Source: Octopus sinensis (lineage: Eukaryota). Taken from it: a stretch of 26,346 bases of DNA. The stretch lies in the NCBI RefSeq assembly GCF_006345805.1, contig NW_021824291.1:1-26346 (forward strand). Direction: 5' to 3'. Below, piece after piece: positions 1-10,150 of this stretch (position 1 is the first letter of the stretch; each line of letters begins with the position of its first letter). The notes under the pieces were generated by a model. It did no database searches, had not been told where the DNA came from, and saw only the letters and a program-made list of their open reading frames with translations. The translations under genes were made by a program, and so were the position numbers.

Positions 1-831
1 TTTACATGTTTGTGATAAGCCTGGGTAAATGTGATGTGGTGGCATTAAGTATGTGTGTTGTAACGAAGAAGGAAAGGTTGAGGGATGAGTATGGCGATAG
101 TTGACGGAAGTGTGGACTAGAAGGAAGAGGGGAGAATCCAGGAAAGTTGAGGAGGATAAGAGATGGAAGTGATGTAGGAAAATGAGGTGGAACCGGGGGG
201 TGGGGGAGGGTAAACGGCGCGAATGTAACAGTAAACGACTGATGGGGTGGGGGTGGAGGATGTCATTGTAAGAAGAGGAGGAGCATCTTGTGCGAGTAGA
301 GAGTACATTCAAAGGAATATTATTAATAGAACGAGGTGGTCACAAATGGATTGTCTTTGATCGTATGTTGAATCTGATCTGCAACTGACAATAGAAACAC
401 CAGCTTCAGTTTGGTAGAGATGATGATGGTGGTGATGGTTCATCACCATCACTACCATCAGCCCCTCCTCCCCCCCGCGACCATTGGAGTTATTATCACG
501 CCCACCCCGCCGCCATCAACTCCAACATTCCTTTCAAACTACCACCACTGCAACCATCATCATCATCACCACAACCATGTAGTCATGACCATGACGACCA
601 CCACCACCACATGGAGGGTGGAAGGGATGGAGTAAAGCCGAGAAACAACGGCGTGGGGTGGGTGAGCTGTCTAAATAACCTTGACCTCCGATACTTCGAC
701 GGCTGCTGCTGCTGTTCCGAGAGTGAAGCTGCCGTAGAGGTCAAGGTCAGAGGGTACAGTCTTGATTATTCTATGTCAAGAAGTAAGGTAGGTGGCGCTG
801 CTGATTGTCTGTGCCAGTCTACTTGTACTTG

Positions 832-909
832 TCACTCTCTCTCTCTCTCTCCTTGCCTTTTTCTCTGTATACACGCACACTCACACACCTTCCCCCTCCT
901 CTCTCTCTT

Positions 910-955
<46 letters not shown>

Positions 956-1216
956 ATGTATTGGTGTGTGTGTGTGTGTGTGTATGTGTGTGTATGTGTG
1001 TGTGTGTGTGTGCTTGTGTGTCTGAGTTATATCTGGTGTGTATTTACGTGTTTGTGCATGTGGTTCTCTCTCTGTATGCACTCGTGTGCCTACGTACGTG
1101 TTTGTGTGTGTGTGTGTGTGTGTGAGTGTTCGCATTCAAGTATCAGGCACTGGAGAGAGAGAGAAAGAGAGGGAGAGGGAGAAAGAGGCTTAGATAGACA
1201 GACAGACAGACAGTCC

Positions 1217-1254
<38 letters not shown>

Positions 1255-1256
1255 GG
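832..1256. repeat. Compound microsatellite block: (CT)n, (TA)n, (TG)n, (GA)n, (GACA)n
   Basis: Seen directly; explains the overlapping low-complexity ORFs at 611-1398. Confidence 0.95.
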
Positions 1257-1321
1257 GGTGACAACTGAGATACGGTGAATCTGATGGACGAATTGAGAAG
1301 AGAGACAGTGTGACACATAAT

Positions 1322-1481
1322 GCAAGCATCGGTGTGTTGCTTAAGAAGTTCTTAACGCGACCATACGGTTCCTGGTTCGATCCCATTGGGTGGTGCACGG
1401 ATAATTCACGTCAATTATAATCATGAGATTGACCAATAATGTATAACTGAAATTTGGTTGGCGGAAACTGTACAGAAGCCT

Positions 1482-1483
<2 letters not shown>
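1322..1483 (+). mobile_element. Old, degenerate 5' half of SINE family A
   Basis: B-box-like GGTTCGATCCC at ~1374. Later TTGGTTGGCGGAAACTGTACAGAAGCCTGT resembles the family A segment TTTGGTAGACGGAAACTGAAAGAAGCCTGT. Followed by (AC)n. Confidence 0.5.
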
Positions 1484-1524
<41 letters not shown>

Positions 1525-1564
1525 ACATGTGGAGAGCTCTTTGAACAAAGACTCGTATAATCAC

Positions 1565-1656
1565 AAATCATAAATCGAAACACGTATCAAAATAAATTTA
1601 TAGATTAAGCTAATCCTTAAATTTATTTTTTAAATACGTGTTTCGGTTTTTGATTT
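1565..1656. repeat. ~92-bp imperfect AT-rich inverted repeat (hairpin, MITE-like)
   Basis: Arms: AAATCA/TGATTT, CGAAACACGTAT (1576-87)/ATACGTGTTTCG (1634-45), AAAATAAATTTA (1589-1600)/TAAATTTATTTT (1618-29), GATTA/TAATC around an AGC loop. Confidence 0.85.
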
Positions 1657-2046
1657 TTCATTTTACCATTCTGTTGAAAGAATTCTCTGAAGAGAATTGT
1701 ATCCGAAATGTGTGTGTGTGTGTGTGTGGTGTGTGTATTAATACACACACTGCCTTCAGGATTTCCATTTCAATAACATGACTGGATATGTTGACTAAAT
1801 GTCGATGAACCACGCCAAGTATTTATGTGTCTGTGTGTTTCTCTATATTTACGCTTACACTACTAAAAAAAATAATAATAAATAAATAAAATCGTGCTCC
1901 TACTCTATTCTGGTACTGTGCGGTACAACAAATAGATATCGATATATTAAATACCAGTTTTATTCTGGATGGCACGTGCAACCTTTTTTCCCTCTCCAAC
2001 AATCTAAAAAACAAGACAACTCAATTTGAATCTTTTGATTATTTTT

Positions 2047-2362
2047 CACTTGTTTCAGTCATTAGACTGCGGCCATGCTGGGGCATCGCCTTGAAGAATC
2101 TCAGTCGAATGAATCAACTATTATGTTTTTGTAAAGTCTGGTGCTTATTCTATCGGTCTCTTTTGCGAAGTCGCCAAGTTACGGTGACGTAAACACACCA
2201 ATACCGGTTGTCAGGTGGTGGGGACAAACACAGGCACAAAAACCCACATGTATCATCTACCAAATCAACTCACATTTGCCCAAGGTGCCAGGCAGTGGGA
2301 CTGAGCCTGGAACCATGTGGTTGGGAAGCAAACTTCTTACCTCACAGCCATGCTTGTGTCTA
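2047..2362 (-). mobile_element. SINE family A, diverged copy with internal deletion
   Basis: Reverse complement matches the family A head (TGGCTGTGAGGTAAG...GGTTCCAGGCTCAGTCCC) and tail (GCATGGCCGCAGTCTAATGACTGAAACAAG) seen in the other copies. Confidence 0.85.
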
Positions 2363-2632
2363 TGAACTGAAACAATTCTCATATAATTCCATCCCCCCCC
2401 CGCTTCGAACTAATCGAAAATAGCATAACTCTTGAAACACTTGCACTGACGACGTATTTTATACCGAAACAGATTGGCTAAAAATAGAATTCAATATATA
2501 TGTGGAAATAAATACCTTGTATTGTTATTTATTTGCCTGGAAAATAAAATTCTGCGTTAAAATTTCTCTGAACTTCTGTGTCTGTACATATATTGGTATG
2601 TATGTGTGTGTATATACATGTTTATATATGTA

Positions 2633-3038
2633 CTAGCAGTATCGCCCGGCGTTGCTCGGGTTTGTAAGGGAAATAACTATAAAGCATTTTTAGAGAGTTA
2701 TAGCCAAAAAATAGAAAGAAATGGAAAAAAAATTATGGTAAATTTTTTTGAGAGTTAAAAAGGTCGAGTTGCGTCCCCTAGACAGTCTGTGGTTTGTGTT
2801 TCTGATTCTCGACCCCATGTCGAATTTATCGATTTTTTTCAGAACTGGGGGAACTTTTCAAAATTTTCGCTGCGTTAGTTTTGAATTATGACATTGGGCT
2901 ATGTGTGTGTCAAGTTTCATCAGAATCGGTTGAAAGCCGTGGTCAGGGTGAGGGTACAACCTGACAGACACACAGACACACAGACAGACACACAGACAGA
3001 CACACAGACAGACAAACTGCCGTTTATATATAGAGAGA
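2633..3038 (-). mobile_element. Non-autonomous Helitron, copy 1 (406 bp)
   Basis: Minus strand: A|TCTCTCTATATATAAACGG at the 5' end and CCCGAGCAACGCCGGG hairpin + 8 nt + CTAG|T at the 3' end. Inserted between A and T with no TSD; internal (GACA/CA) microsatellite. Confidence 0.85.
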
Positions 3039-3291
3039 TGTATGTATATATATGTGTATGTGTGTATACACATATATATTAGCATTTTAGCTCTTATTTC
3101 TAGGAATGTAGGTGTTTCTAACATACTAATCACATTTCGTGACAATCATAATTTTCGTTTTTGGTGAAACATTACAAACTGCTGTTTATATTATCTTTTT
3201 GTATTCACATTAGCGAATCATCCATTAATTTGGATGACGAATACATATCTACTAATAGAGAAGCAAGTCCGAAATTTCGAGCCAGTTTTAA

Positions 3292-3326
3292 CTGATGAGG
3301 CAATGGAAATTGCTGAAACTGACGTC
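3292..3326 (+). ncRNA. Minimal type I hammerhead ribozyme motif (Penelope-type)
   Basis: CTGATGA - stem II G.GCAAT/GGAA/ATTGC.T - GAAA - C TGAC GTC. Helix I is not well formed in this copy. Confidence 0.55.
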
Positions 3327-3430
3327 AATATTAAGAATTCTCCATCGACGTTTTTCGGATGATTAGTGACTATGTTTATATTTATGTGCGTTGACTACAT
3401 CATTAGAAACTGCCGAGAGTTTGCATCTCT

Positions 3431-3825
3431 TTCTCTTTTACTTGTTTCAGTCATTTGACTGCGGCCATGCTGGAGCACCGCCTTTAGTCGAGCAAATCGA
3501 CCCCGGACTTATTCTTTGTTAAGCCCAGTACTTATTCTATCGGTCTCTTTTGCCGAACCGCTAAGTGACGGGGACGTAAACACAACCGCATCGGTTGTCA
3601 AGCAATGCTAGGGGGACAAACACAACACACAACCATATACACATATATATATATACATATATACGACAGCTTCTTTCAGTTTTCTGTCTACCAAATCCAC
3701 TCACAAGGCATGGTCGGCCCGGGGCTATAGCAGAAGACACTTGCCCAAGATGCCACGCAGTGGGACTGAACCGGAACCATGTGGTTGGTTAGCAAGCTAC
3801 TTACCACATAGCCACTCCTGAGCCT
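3431..3825 (-). mobile_element. SINE family A, near full length, young
   Basis: tRNA-like head with A box (TGGCTATGTGG) and B box (GGTTCAGTCCC), CORE-like TGGCATCTTGGGCAAG, internal (TA/TG)n and GTAAAAGAG tail. Highly similar to copies at 6261, 7027, 11937 and 18003. Probably one of the octopus OK/OR1/OR2 families; exact name not verifiable here. Confidence 0.95.
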
Positions 3826-3857
3826 CCTGTATGGTGCTATTACTTAAAAGTAATTTG

Positions 3858-4069
3858 TTAATTTTTATTTCCTTCGAACGACCTCGGTTTATTATTGCAT
3901 TCTATAAATGCGGAAAAGCTTCCTTCTCGATATTTCATTGGTATTTCATTGGTAAATGTGGGATCAAGGGAATGGAAAGCCCTTTCTCTGCCGTTTTGAC
4001 AAAGAGTTTCACTTCGAGCATCTTTGGATGGCTCCGTTTCTTGAGTCGTAGAACTTTCGGGAATCGATG
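3858..4069 (-). CDS. Candidate terminal coding exon (..SIPESSTTQETEPSKDARSETLCQNGRERAFHSLDPTFTNEIPMKYREGSFSAFIECNNKPRSFEGNKN*)
   Basis: TTTCTTTTCAG acceptor (AG at 4071-4070), open frame to TAA at 3860-3858, non-repetitive sequence, antisense frame open in the same register. No homology recognised. Confidence 0.25.
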
Positions 4070-4336
4070 CTGAAAAGAAATTCTGCAGGGGAACCTTTCT
4101 TAGTGCCTCCAGGTTTTGGGTGGAGGGTATTCCGTCAATTTCTTGTGACCTCCATCTTTAGTTCATAAGGAACGCATATTTTGTCGCGCAGTGACGAAGG
4201 CCGCTTCTCTATATGTAGAAGAATAAAGATAGACATACTTGGATATTGATGCAGCAGTGACACAGTACGGAATGTGAGAATTTTAAGTTAATCGTTTTTG
4301 AAACAGCAGCCATGGTTGAAGTATATGAGTGTATGT

Positions 4337-4372
<36 letters not shown>

Positions 4373-4579
4373 CAAGTGAATACGCATGTGTATATGGGTG
4401 CCTGTTGGTTTCCGCTCACTTGTTATCGGAAGGGGTATGACGTCATCAACTAAGCATCTGCGAATCTCTCCCTCTCCCTCTCCCTCTGCCTCTCCCCTTC
4501 TCTCAATTGAATCTAAATCCATCTGAAAGTTTCATTACTCCTGTCATATCACTTTCAATAACTTTATTTTCTCTCTACC

Positions 4580-4622
<43 letters not shown>

Positions 4623-4896
4623 CTCTCTCTCTCCCTCATCTAACCACATTCTTGGATATATTCCTCTCTCAACCGTTATCGATATATAAGTTTATACAAG
4701 ATATATATACGCTCCAAGTGTAATATCGATAATAATTATATTATATATGATATAATATATAATATATTATATATATATATATATATATTTCAACAATTGA
4801 GGGTAAAATTAATTAATTATTAATCAATTTCACTAAGTATTCAGTATGTAAAGGGACCATTTTAGGCGAATTCAAAATATTATTTTACTAAGCCCT

Positions 4897-4928
<32 letters not shown>

Positions 4929-4934
4929 TTATAT

Positions 4935-5180
4935 GGTGAGTGCACCTGGCCTAGTGGTTAGGGTGTTGCACTCCCGATTGCGAGATCGTAGTTTCAACTC
5001 CCAGATGGTGCGTTGTGCTCTTGACCAAAACATTTCATCTCACGTTGTCTTGCGATCACTTTGACACCTGAGCCGTGCTACACTTGTGCACCTGTTCAGG
5101 CAACGTCAATTTGATGGAGGGAGAGTCAGCTAATGTGTGACACGACAATTGGATCAGCATAACCAAATCCTTTGTGGAGG
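4935..5180 (+). mobile_element. tRNA-derived SINE, third family (C), diverged
   Basis: A box TGGCCTAGTGG (4947-57), B-box-like GTTTCAACTCC (4991-5001), then CORE-like TGCGTTGTGCTCTTGACCAAAACATTTCATCTCAC. 3' limit approximate. Confidence 0.6.
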
Positions 5181-5239
5181 TCTTTCGGCAAAAAGCCGAA
5201 CGCTCCTGCGTCGTCTTCGACGGGAGAAGCCATCATAAT

Positions 5240-6260
5240 CGTATTTAACAATGGGTGCAGCAGGAATGTTTTTTGGCGGCGAGCTGGTAGAAACGTTAGC
5301 ACACCGGGCGAAATGCGTAGCCGTATTTCGTCTGCCGTTACGTTCTGAGTTCAAATTCCGCCGAGGTCGACTTTGCCTTTCATTCTTTCGGGGTCGATAA
5401 ATTAAGTACCAGTTAAGCACTGGGGTCGATGTAATCGACTTAATCTGTTTGTCTGTCCTTGTTTGCCTTCTCTGTGTTTAGCCCCTTGTGGGTAGTAAAG
5501 AAATAGGAATGTTTTTTGGCGCTCGTGGCCTAACATCTGTAAACAATGGGGAGAATATTGTCAGTCTCCACGTCTTAACATCTCAAAAGATCAACAAAAC
5601 AGTCGAAGAATTCTTACCTTTGCACCAAAGTGCCACATCGCTAATTATTTGGAATTATGGAACTGACTTGAGACATTTCCATAACAAAATCTGTTTTCTC
5701 TTATTCGACAAGTTCCAAAGCATCAAGTGGTGATAATTGCCAGAAATAATCAGTGGTGGGCCAAGAAAGCAACCGTAACGCTTTCCAAACTTTAAACCAA
5801 CTGAAACGGTCAGTACTTTTTAGATTTCCTTACCAAAAACAATCTGCTCTTCTTAAATACGAAATTTCAAGAGCAGAAATCCAAACTACGGACGTGTATC
5901 TATTCCGTCTGGGCCGATGCTGAACTGCCATTGGAGTTTGCACTAATTATGGAGGAACGTGGTTTATTGAAGTGTGGTGCCCATGTAACAGCAACCAAAT
6001 CCTGCAGAACAAATATCCTTATATTCAAAAAGTTCAAAATTTTATACTTAAGAAATTTAACAGTAGAAATATATTGACAATAAAGTAAGAATAATCTAAT
6101 TGAACAACATACAGCAGAAAAATAATAATAATAAAATAATAAATAAAACAGAAACAAATAATTCTCCCTGGATGGTTAAAATTGTAAAAAAAAAAGTTAA
6201 TGGCAAGAAAATCTTGAATTAAGTTGAAAGTAAAAGCCACAATTGTGAAGGAACGCTTCT
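5240..6260 (+). pseudogene. Ancient RTE-clade LINE: decayed APE endonuclease and linker
   Basis: After removing the SINE at 5279-5504, shifting frames give MGAAGMFFGARGLTSVN..FHNKI..IRQVPKHQVVIIA..NGQYFLDFLTKNNLLFLNTKFQEQKSKL..KVKATIVKER. These resemble RTE endonuclease motifs (GVGML, PKHNVLIIG, NG.YL.DF..EN.L..LNT.FQK). Many stops and frameshifts. Confidence 0.65.
5279..5504 (+). mobile_element. SINE family B (Deu/Nin-like domain), full length with TSD
   Basis: GCGAGCTGGTAGAAACGTTAGC head, GAGTTCAAATTCC B box, GCCTTTCATTCTTTCGGGGTCGATAAATTAAGTACCAG domain. 17-bp TSD AGGAATGTTTTTTGGCG at 5262-5278 and 5505-5521. Confidence 0.95.
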
Positions 6261-6648
6261 AGGCGCAGGAGTGGCTGTGTGGTAAGTAGCTTGCTAACCA
6301 ACCACATGGTTCCGGGTTCAGTCCCACTGCGTGGCATCTTGGGCAAATGTCTTCTGCCTTGTGAGTGGATTTGGTAGACGGAAACTGAAAGAAGCCTGTC
6401 GTATATATGTATATATATGTATATGTGTGTATGTGTGTCTGTGTTTGTACCCCTAGCATTGCTTGACAACCGATGTTGGTGTGTTTACGTCCCCGTCACT
6501 TAGCGGTTCGGCAAAAGAGACCGATTGAATAAGTACTGGGCTTACAAAGAATAAGTCCCGGGGTCGATTTGCTCGACTAAAGGCGGTGCTCCAGCATGGC
6601 CGCAGTCAAATGACTGAAACAAATAAAAGAGTAAAAGAGTAAAAAGAG
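6261..6648 (+). mobile_element. SINE family A, full length
   Basis: AGGCGCAGGAGTGGCTGTGTGGTAAG head through GACTGAAACAAATAAAAGAGTAAAAGAGT tail. Confidence 0.95.
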
Positions 6649-6649
6649 A

Positions 6650-7026
6650 ATCTTCTGTCATTGTTCTGGTCTCATTCCAGCTTACCCACTCTTTTTGCCT
6701 CCTTTCCTTGTCAATGGTCCTTCACCATATGGTCTTAAGGGTGTCTTGCTGCTCTTTTCCCCCACAGGCCTCAACATTAGTGCCACCATACGATCACTTT
6801 CTCGATCCTGTCTGAGGACGTGTCTGATCCAGTTCCTGCATCTCCGTCTTATTTTGTCTTTAATCCCGTCGACCTTCGTTGTTGTCTCAATTGTGTCATT
6901 TCAGACTCTTTGCAGCCACTTGATCTCAAGTATTCTCCTTAACCATGCCAACTGGAAGCCGTCCATTGTTTTGTCTTCTATCTTTGTCCCTTTCTAGTTT
7001 TCACATCCATAGAATGATACTCCTAT
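6650..7026 (-). pseudogene. RTE-clade LINE fragment, C-terminal region after the RT
   Basis: Minus-strand translation FYGCEN*KGTKIEDKTMDGFQLAWLRRILEIKWLQRV*NDTI..IRRRCRNWIRHVLR..TIDKERRQKEWVSW matches the RTE pattern LLYGCETW..LRRIL.I.W...V.N..IRRRR..WIGHVLR. Confidence 0.85.
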
Positions 7027-7230
7027 ACTCTTTACTCTTTTACTCTTTTACTTGTTTCAGTCATTTGACTGCGGCCATGCTGGAGCACCGCCTTTAGTCG
7101 AGCAAATCGACCCCGGGACTTATTCTTTGTAAGCCCAGTACTTATTCATCGGTCTCTTTTGCCGAGCCGCTAAGTGACGGGGACGTAAACACACCAGCAT
7201 CGGTTGTCAAGCAATGCTAGGGGACAAACA

Positions 7231-7267
<37 letters not shown>

Positions 7268-7438
7268 TATATATATATATACGACAGGCTTCTTATCAGT
7301 TTCCGTCTACCAAATCCACTCACAAGGCATTGGTCGGCCCGGGGCTATAGCAGAAAACACTTGCCCAAGATGCCACGCAGTGGGACTGAACCTGGAACCA
7401 TGTGGTTGGTTAGCAAACTACTTACCACACAGCCACTC
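7027..7438 (-). mobile_element. SINE family A, near full length
   Basis: Reverse complement of the 6261 copy; (TACTCTTT)n tail at 7027-7050. Confidence 0.95.
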
Positions 7439-7439
7439 G

Positions 7440-7790
7440 GAGAAGTTTTGTAATGTAGTCTACAGTGAACAGAGAAATGACCGAGATTTCTAGAGCTTTA
7501 TTCTTCTCTAAGAGTAATTTAGGTATGGCCTAAAATTACAGGTAACCTCTACAGGTGGTCTTATTGTTTGTATCCTTCGGGAGCAAATTTTACATGGAAA
7601 AAAATTAAAAACTCGTAGCAACAATAACGAAACTTTAATAGAACGTGATCACCTGATTGAGAAAGCAGTTCTTATCGACATCATTGGAGGTGCCCTAGAA
7701 GGCGATATGTTTGCATCATTCCTATTTATCATCTGCCTGGATTACATCCTTCGCACTTTAAATAAGAAATTTAAAGAACTTTTTCCCTCG
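7440..7790 (+). pseudogene. Ancient RTE-clade LINE: decayed RT domain, probably the same element as 5240-6260
   Basis: KFCNVVYSEQ..FSKSNLGMA*NYR..GALEGDMFASFLFIICLDYILRT (7689-7757) resembles the RT motifs PKKGDL..NYR and GVLQGD.LAPFLFII.LDY.LR. Confidence 0.7.
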
Positions 7791-7911
7791 GTGGATGGCT
7801 ATGTTACCCGAAATATCAAGAATAAATAAACTATGCATTATTTCGTATCGAAGCAAGAAACTTTCCATCAAACTCTATTTTCTTATATGCCAATATTTCA
7901 AGCATATTACT

Positions 7912-8123
7912 ACAACACACACACACACACACACACACCACACACACACACAAGATATATTAGGTTTGTATGTGTGTACACTTTCGTAGATTTTTAAATA
8001 CGCATGTATGCAAGTGGCTGTGTTTATATGTATATACTCACACACACAGGTAATATAAAATATTTGGTGCATATACATTCTTTAGTTTTCCACATATATC
8101 CATAGATACCTACACAAGCATGC

Positions 8124-8155
<32 letters not shown>

Positions 8156-8418
8156 TACACACACACACACACATCTAGAGAGCTTGTGATATCTAAGTAA
8201 GAAGATACAGGTCTAGCATGGCACATTACTGTGACATTAGCTCATAGCCATCACAGTATTGATATTAACAAACAACTTCAGTGGAAATAGATCGATACTA
8301 CTGCAATTGTAGAACACAACCAGCCATTAGACTTGCTGGGTTTCGCTGGTACAGCATCAGCAGCAGCATCAGCAGCCGACACAACAACAACTAGCTCTAC
8401 GCGTTGTGTGTGTGAGTG

Positions 8419-8471
<53 letters not shown>

Positions 8472-8495
8472 ATATATATATATGCATATGTGTAT
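7912..8495. repeat. Cluster of (AC)n, (TA)n and (TG)n microsatellites
   Basis: Seen directly. Confidence 0.9.
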
Positions 8496-8527
8496 ATAAC
8501 ACACAATCACCAGGCATCAGCTGACAC

Positions 8528-8858
8528 TTCTCATTCTCTCTCACCTTCTCTCTGCTTTCACTCTTTCTTTGTCGCTCTCTCTCACGTTCTGCTTTCTATC
8601 TTTCTCTGTCGCTCTCTTACTCTCTGCTTTCTATCTTTCTTTCTCATCCTCTCTCTCTTTCTGCTTTCATTCTTTCTTTGTCGCTCTCTCTCACGTTCTG
8701 CTTTCTATCTTTCTCTCTCTCTGCTTCCACTCTTTCACTACCGCTCTCTCTCTCTCTCTCTCTCTCTGCTTTTTATCTTTCTCACTCTCTCTTTCTGCAT
8801 TCTATCTTTCCCTCTCCTTCTCTCTCTGCTTTATTTCTCTCTCTCTCTCTCTCTCTCT
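8528..8858 (+). repeat. Polypyrimidine CT-rich minisatellite with internal 57-bp duplication
   Basis: 8551-8607 and 8660-8716 differ at one base; recurring TCTGCTTTCTATCTTT subunit. Confidence 0.9.
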
Positions 8859-8964
8859 GCGGACACTACTCCAGCCGTCTGCCTCGTGGCACACTCCAAT
8901 GAGTTAACTAACAGAGCGGAAAGAGAAGTGAGAGCAGCGGCGGTAGCGGTGGCTCACGCGAAGA

Positions 8965-9262
8965 GCGGGAGGGAGAGGAGGAAGAGAAAGAGAGGTAGCG
9001 TAGGTGGAGAGGGAGAGAAAAATTGAAAGAGGAGGAAGGGGAGAAGGAAGGGAGAAGAAAGACGAAGTAGAGAGAGATTGGGAGGAGGGGTATAAGGACG
9101 TAGAGGAAGACGGATCGGAAAGGGTAGAAAGATTAGGAGGAGGAAGGGGAGGAGAGGAAAGTGGAAGACTGAATACAAAGAGGAGGGGGGAGAAAGAGGT
9201 AAAGAAATAAGAACAAAGACTACATAGGGGAGAAGGAGGAGAACGTAGAACGTACAAGATAC
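8965..9262 (+). repeat. Polypurine GA-rich low-complexity tract
   Basis: Seen directly. Confidence 0.85.
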
Positions 9263-9502
9263 GGTGGTGGGGAATGTAGAAACAGAGAGAAGGTGGGGGG
9301 AAGGCTTCTTGCGTTACCAGTGCATACACCCCACCCCTATCATCTCCATCTTCTCTGCCATCTTTACCTGGATGGTGCCGCCGCCCGCCGCCGCTGCCTT
9401 TGCTGTTGTTATTGTTGTACGTGGCCTCCAGTTCAGTCACGACCTCTCATTCATGAATGATCCACACAGGAAGCTCCGCCATTCTTCTTAACGGTACAAC
9501 GA

Positions 9503-9528
9503 TGTGTGTGCGTGTGTGTGTGTGTATG

Positions 9529-9576
<48 letters not shown>

Positions 9577-9580
9577 CTGT

Positions 9581-9629
<49 letters not shown>

Positions 9630-10150
9630 ATGTATATATCTTATATATATGTGTGGTGTGTGGTGTGTGTGTGTGGCATGTATATATATATATACATATA
9701 TATATAATATATGTGTGTATGTATATATATATATGGTGTGTGTGTGTGTGGTGTGTGTGCATGTATATATTATATATATATTATATAATATATATGCGTG
9801 TGTGAGTATATATATTCGAGGTCTTGCTTGTATGGGCATATTTTTATATATTATATAATATATTATAGGATAAATAATATATTATATATATGCCATTGTT
9901 TTTATGCTTAATATATATATATATATAGCATAATATATATAATTCTTAATACATATATAACATATATATATTTTATATACTATATACATATATATATTAT
10001 ATATTCCAACGTAACATATATTTATTATGTGTGCAAATATATATATACTCATATGTATATAGATACAAACATAATGTATATTCATCTGTGTGCGTGTATA
10101 TATATAAATGTATACACACACACGCACACATCCACGTGTGTGCGCGTGCG
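9503..10150. repeat. ~650-bp compound (TG)n/(TA)n microsatellite
   Basis: Seen directly; source of many spurious ORFs. Confidence 0.95.

Noticed and set aside
611-1398. 216-aa ORF and overlapping ORFs; likewise those at 8490-10506 and 16624-17668
   Set aside because: They are dominated by dinucleotide repeats (CV, HT, YI, LS runs) with no splice or homology support.
4437-4446. Perfect CRE palindrome ATGACGTCAT
   Set aside because: A single 8-10-mer in 26 kb is near chance level and has no supporting context.
6261-6335. tRNA-like sequences with A/B boxes (also at 4947, 5279, 11937, 18003)
   Set aside because: They are SINE heads followed by SINE bodies; there is no complete cloverleaf.
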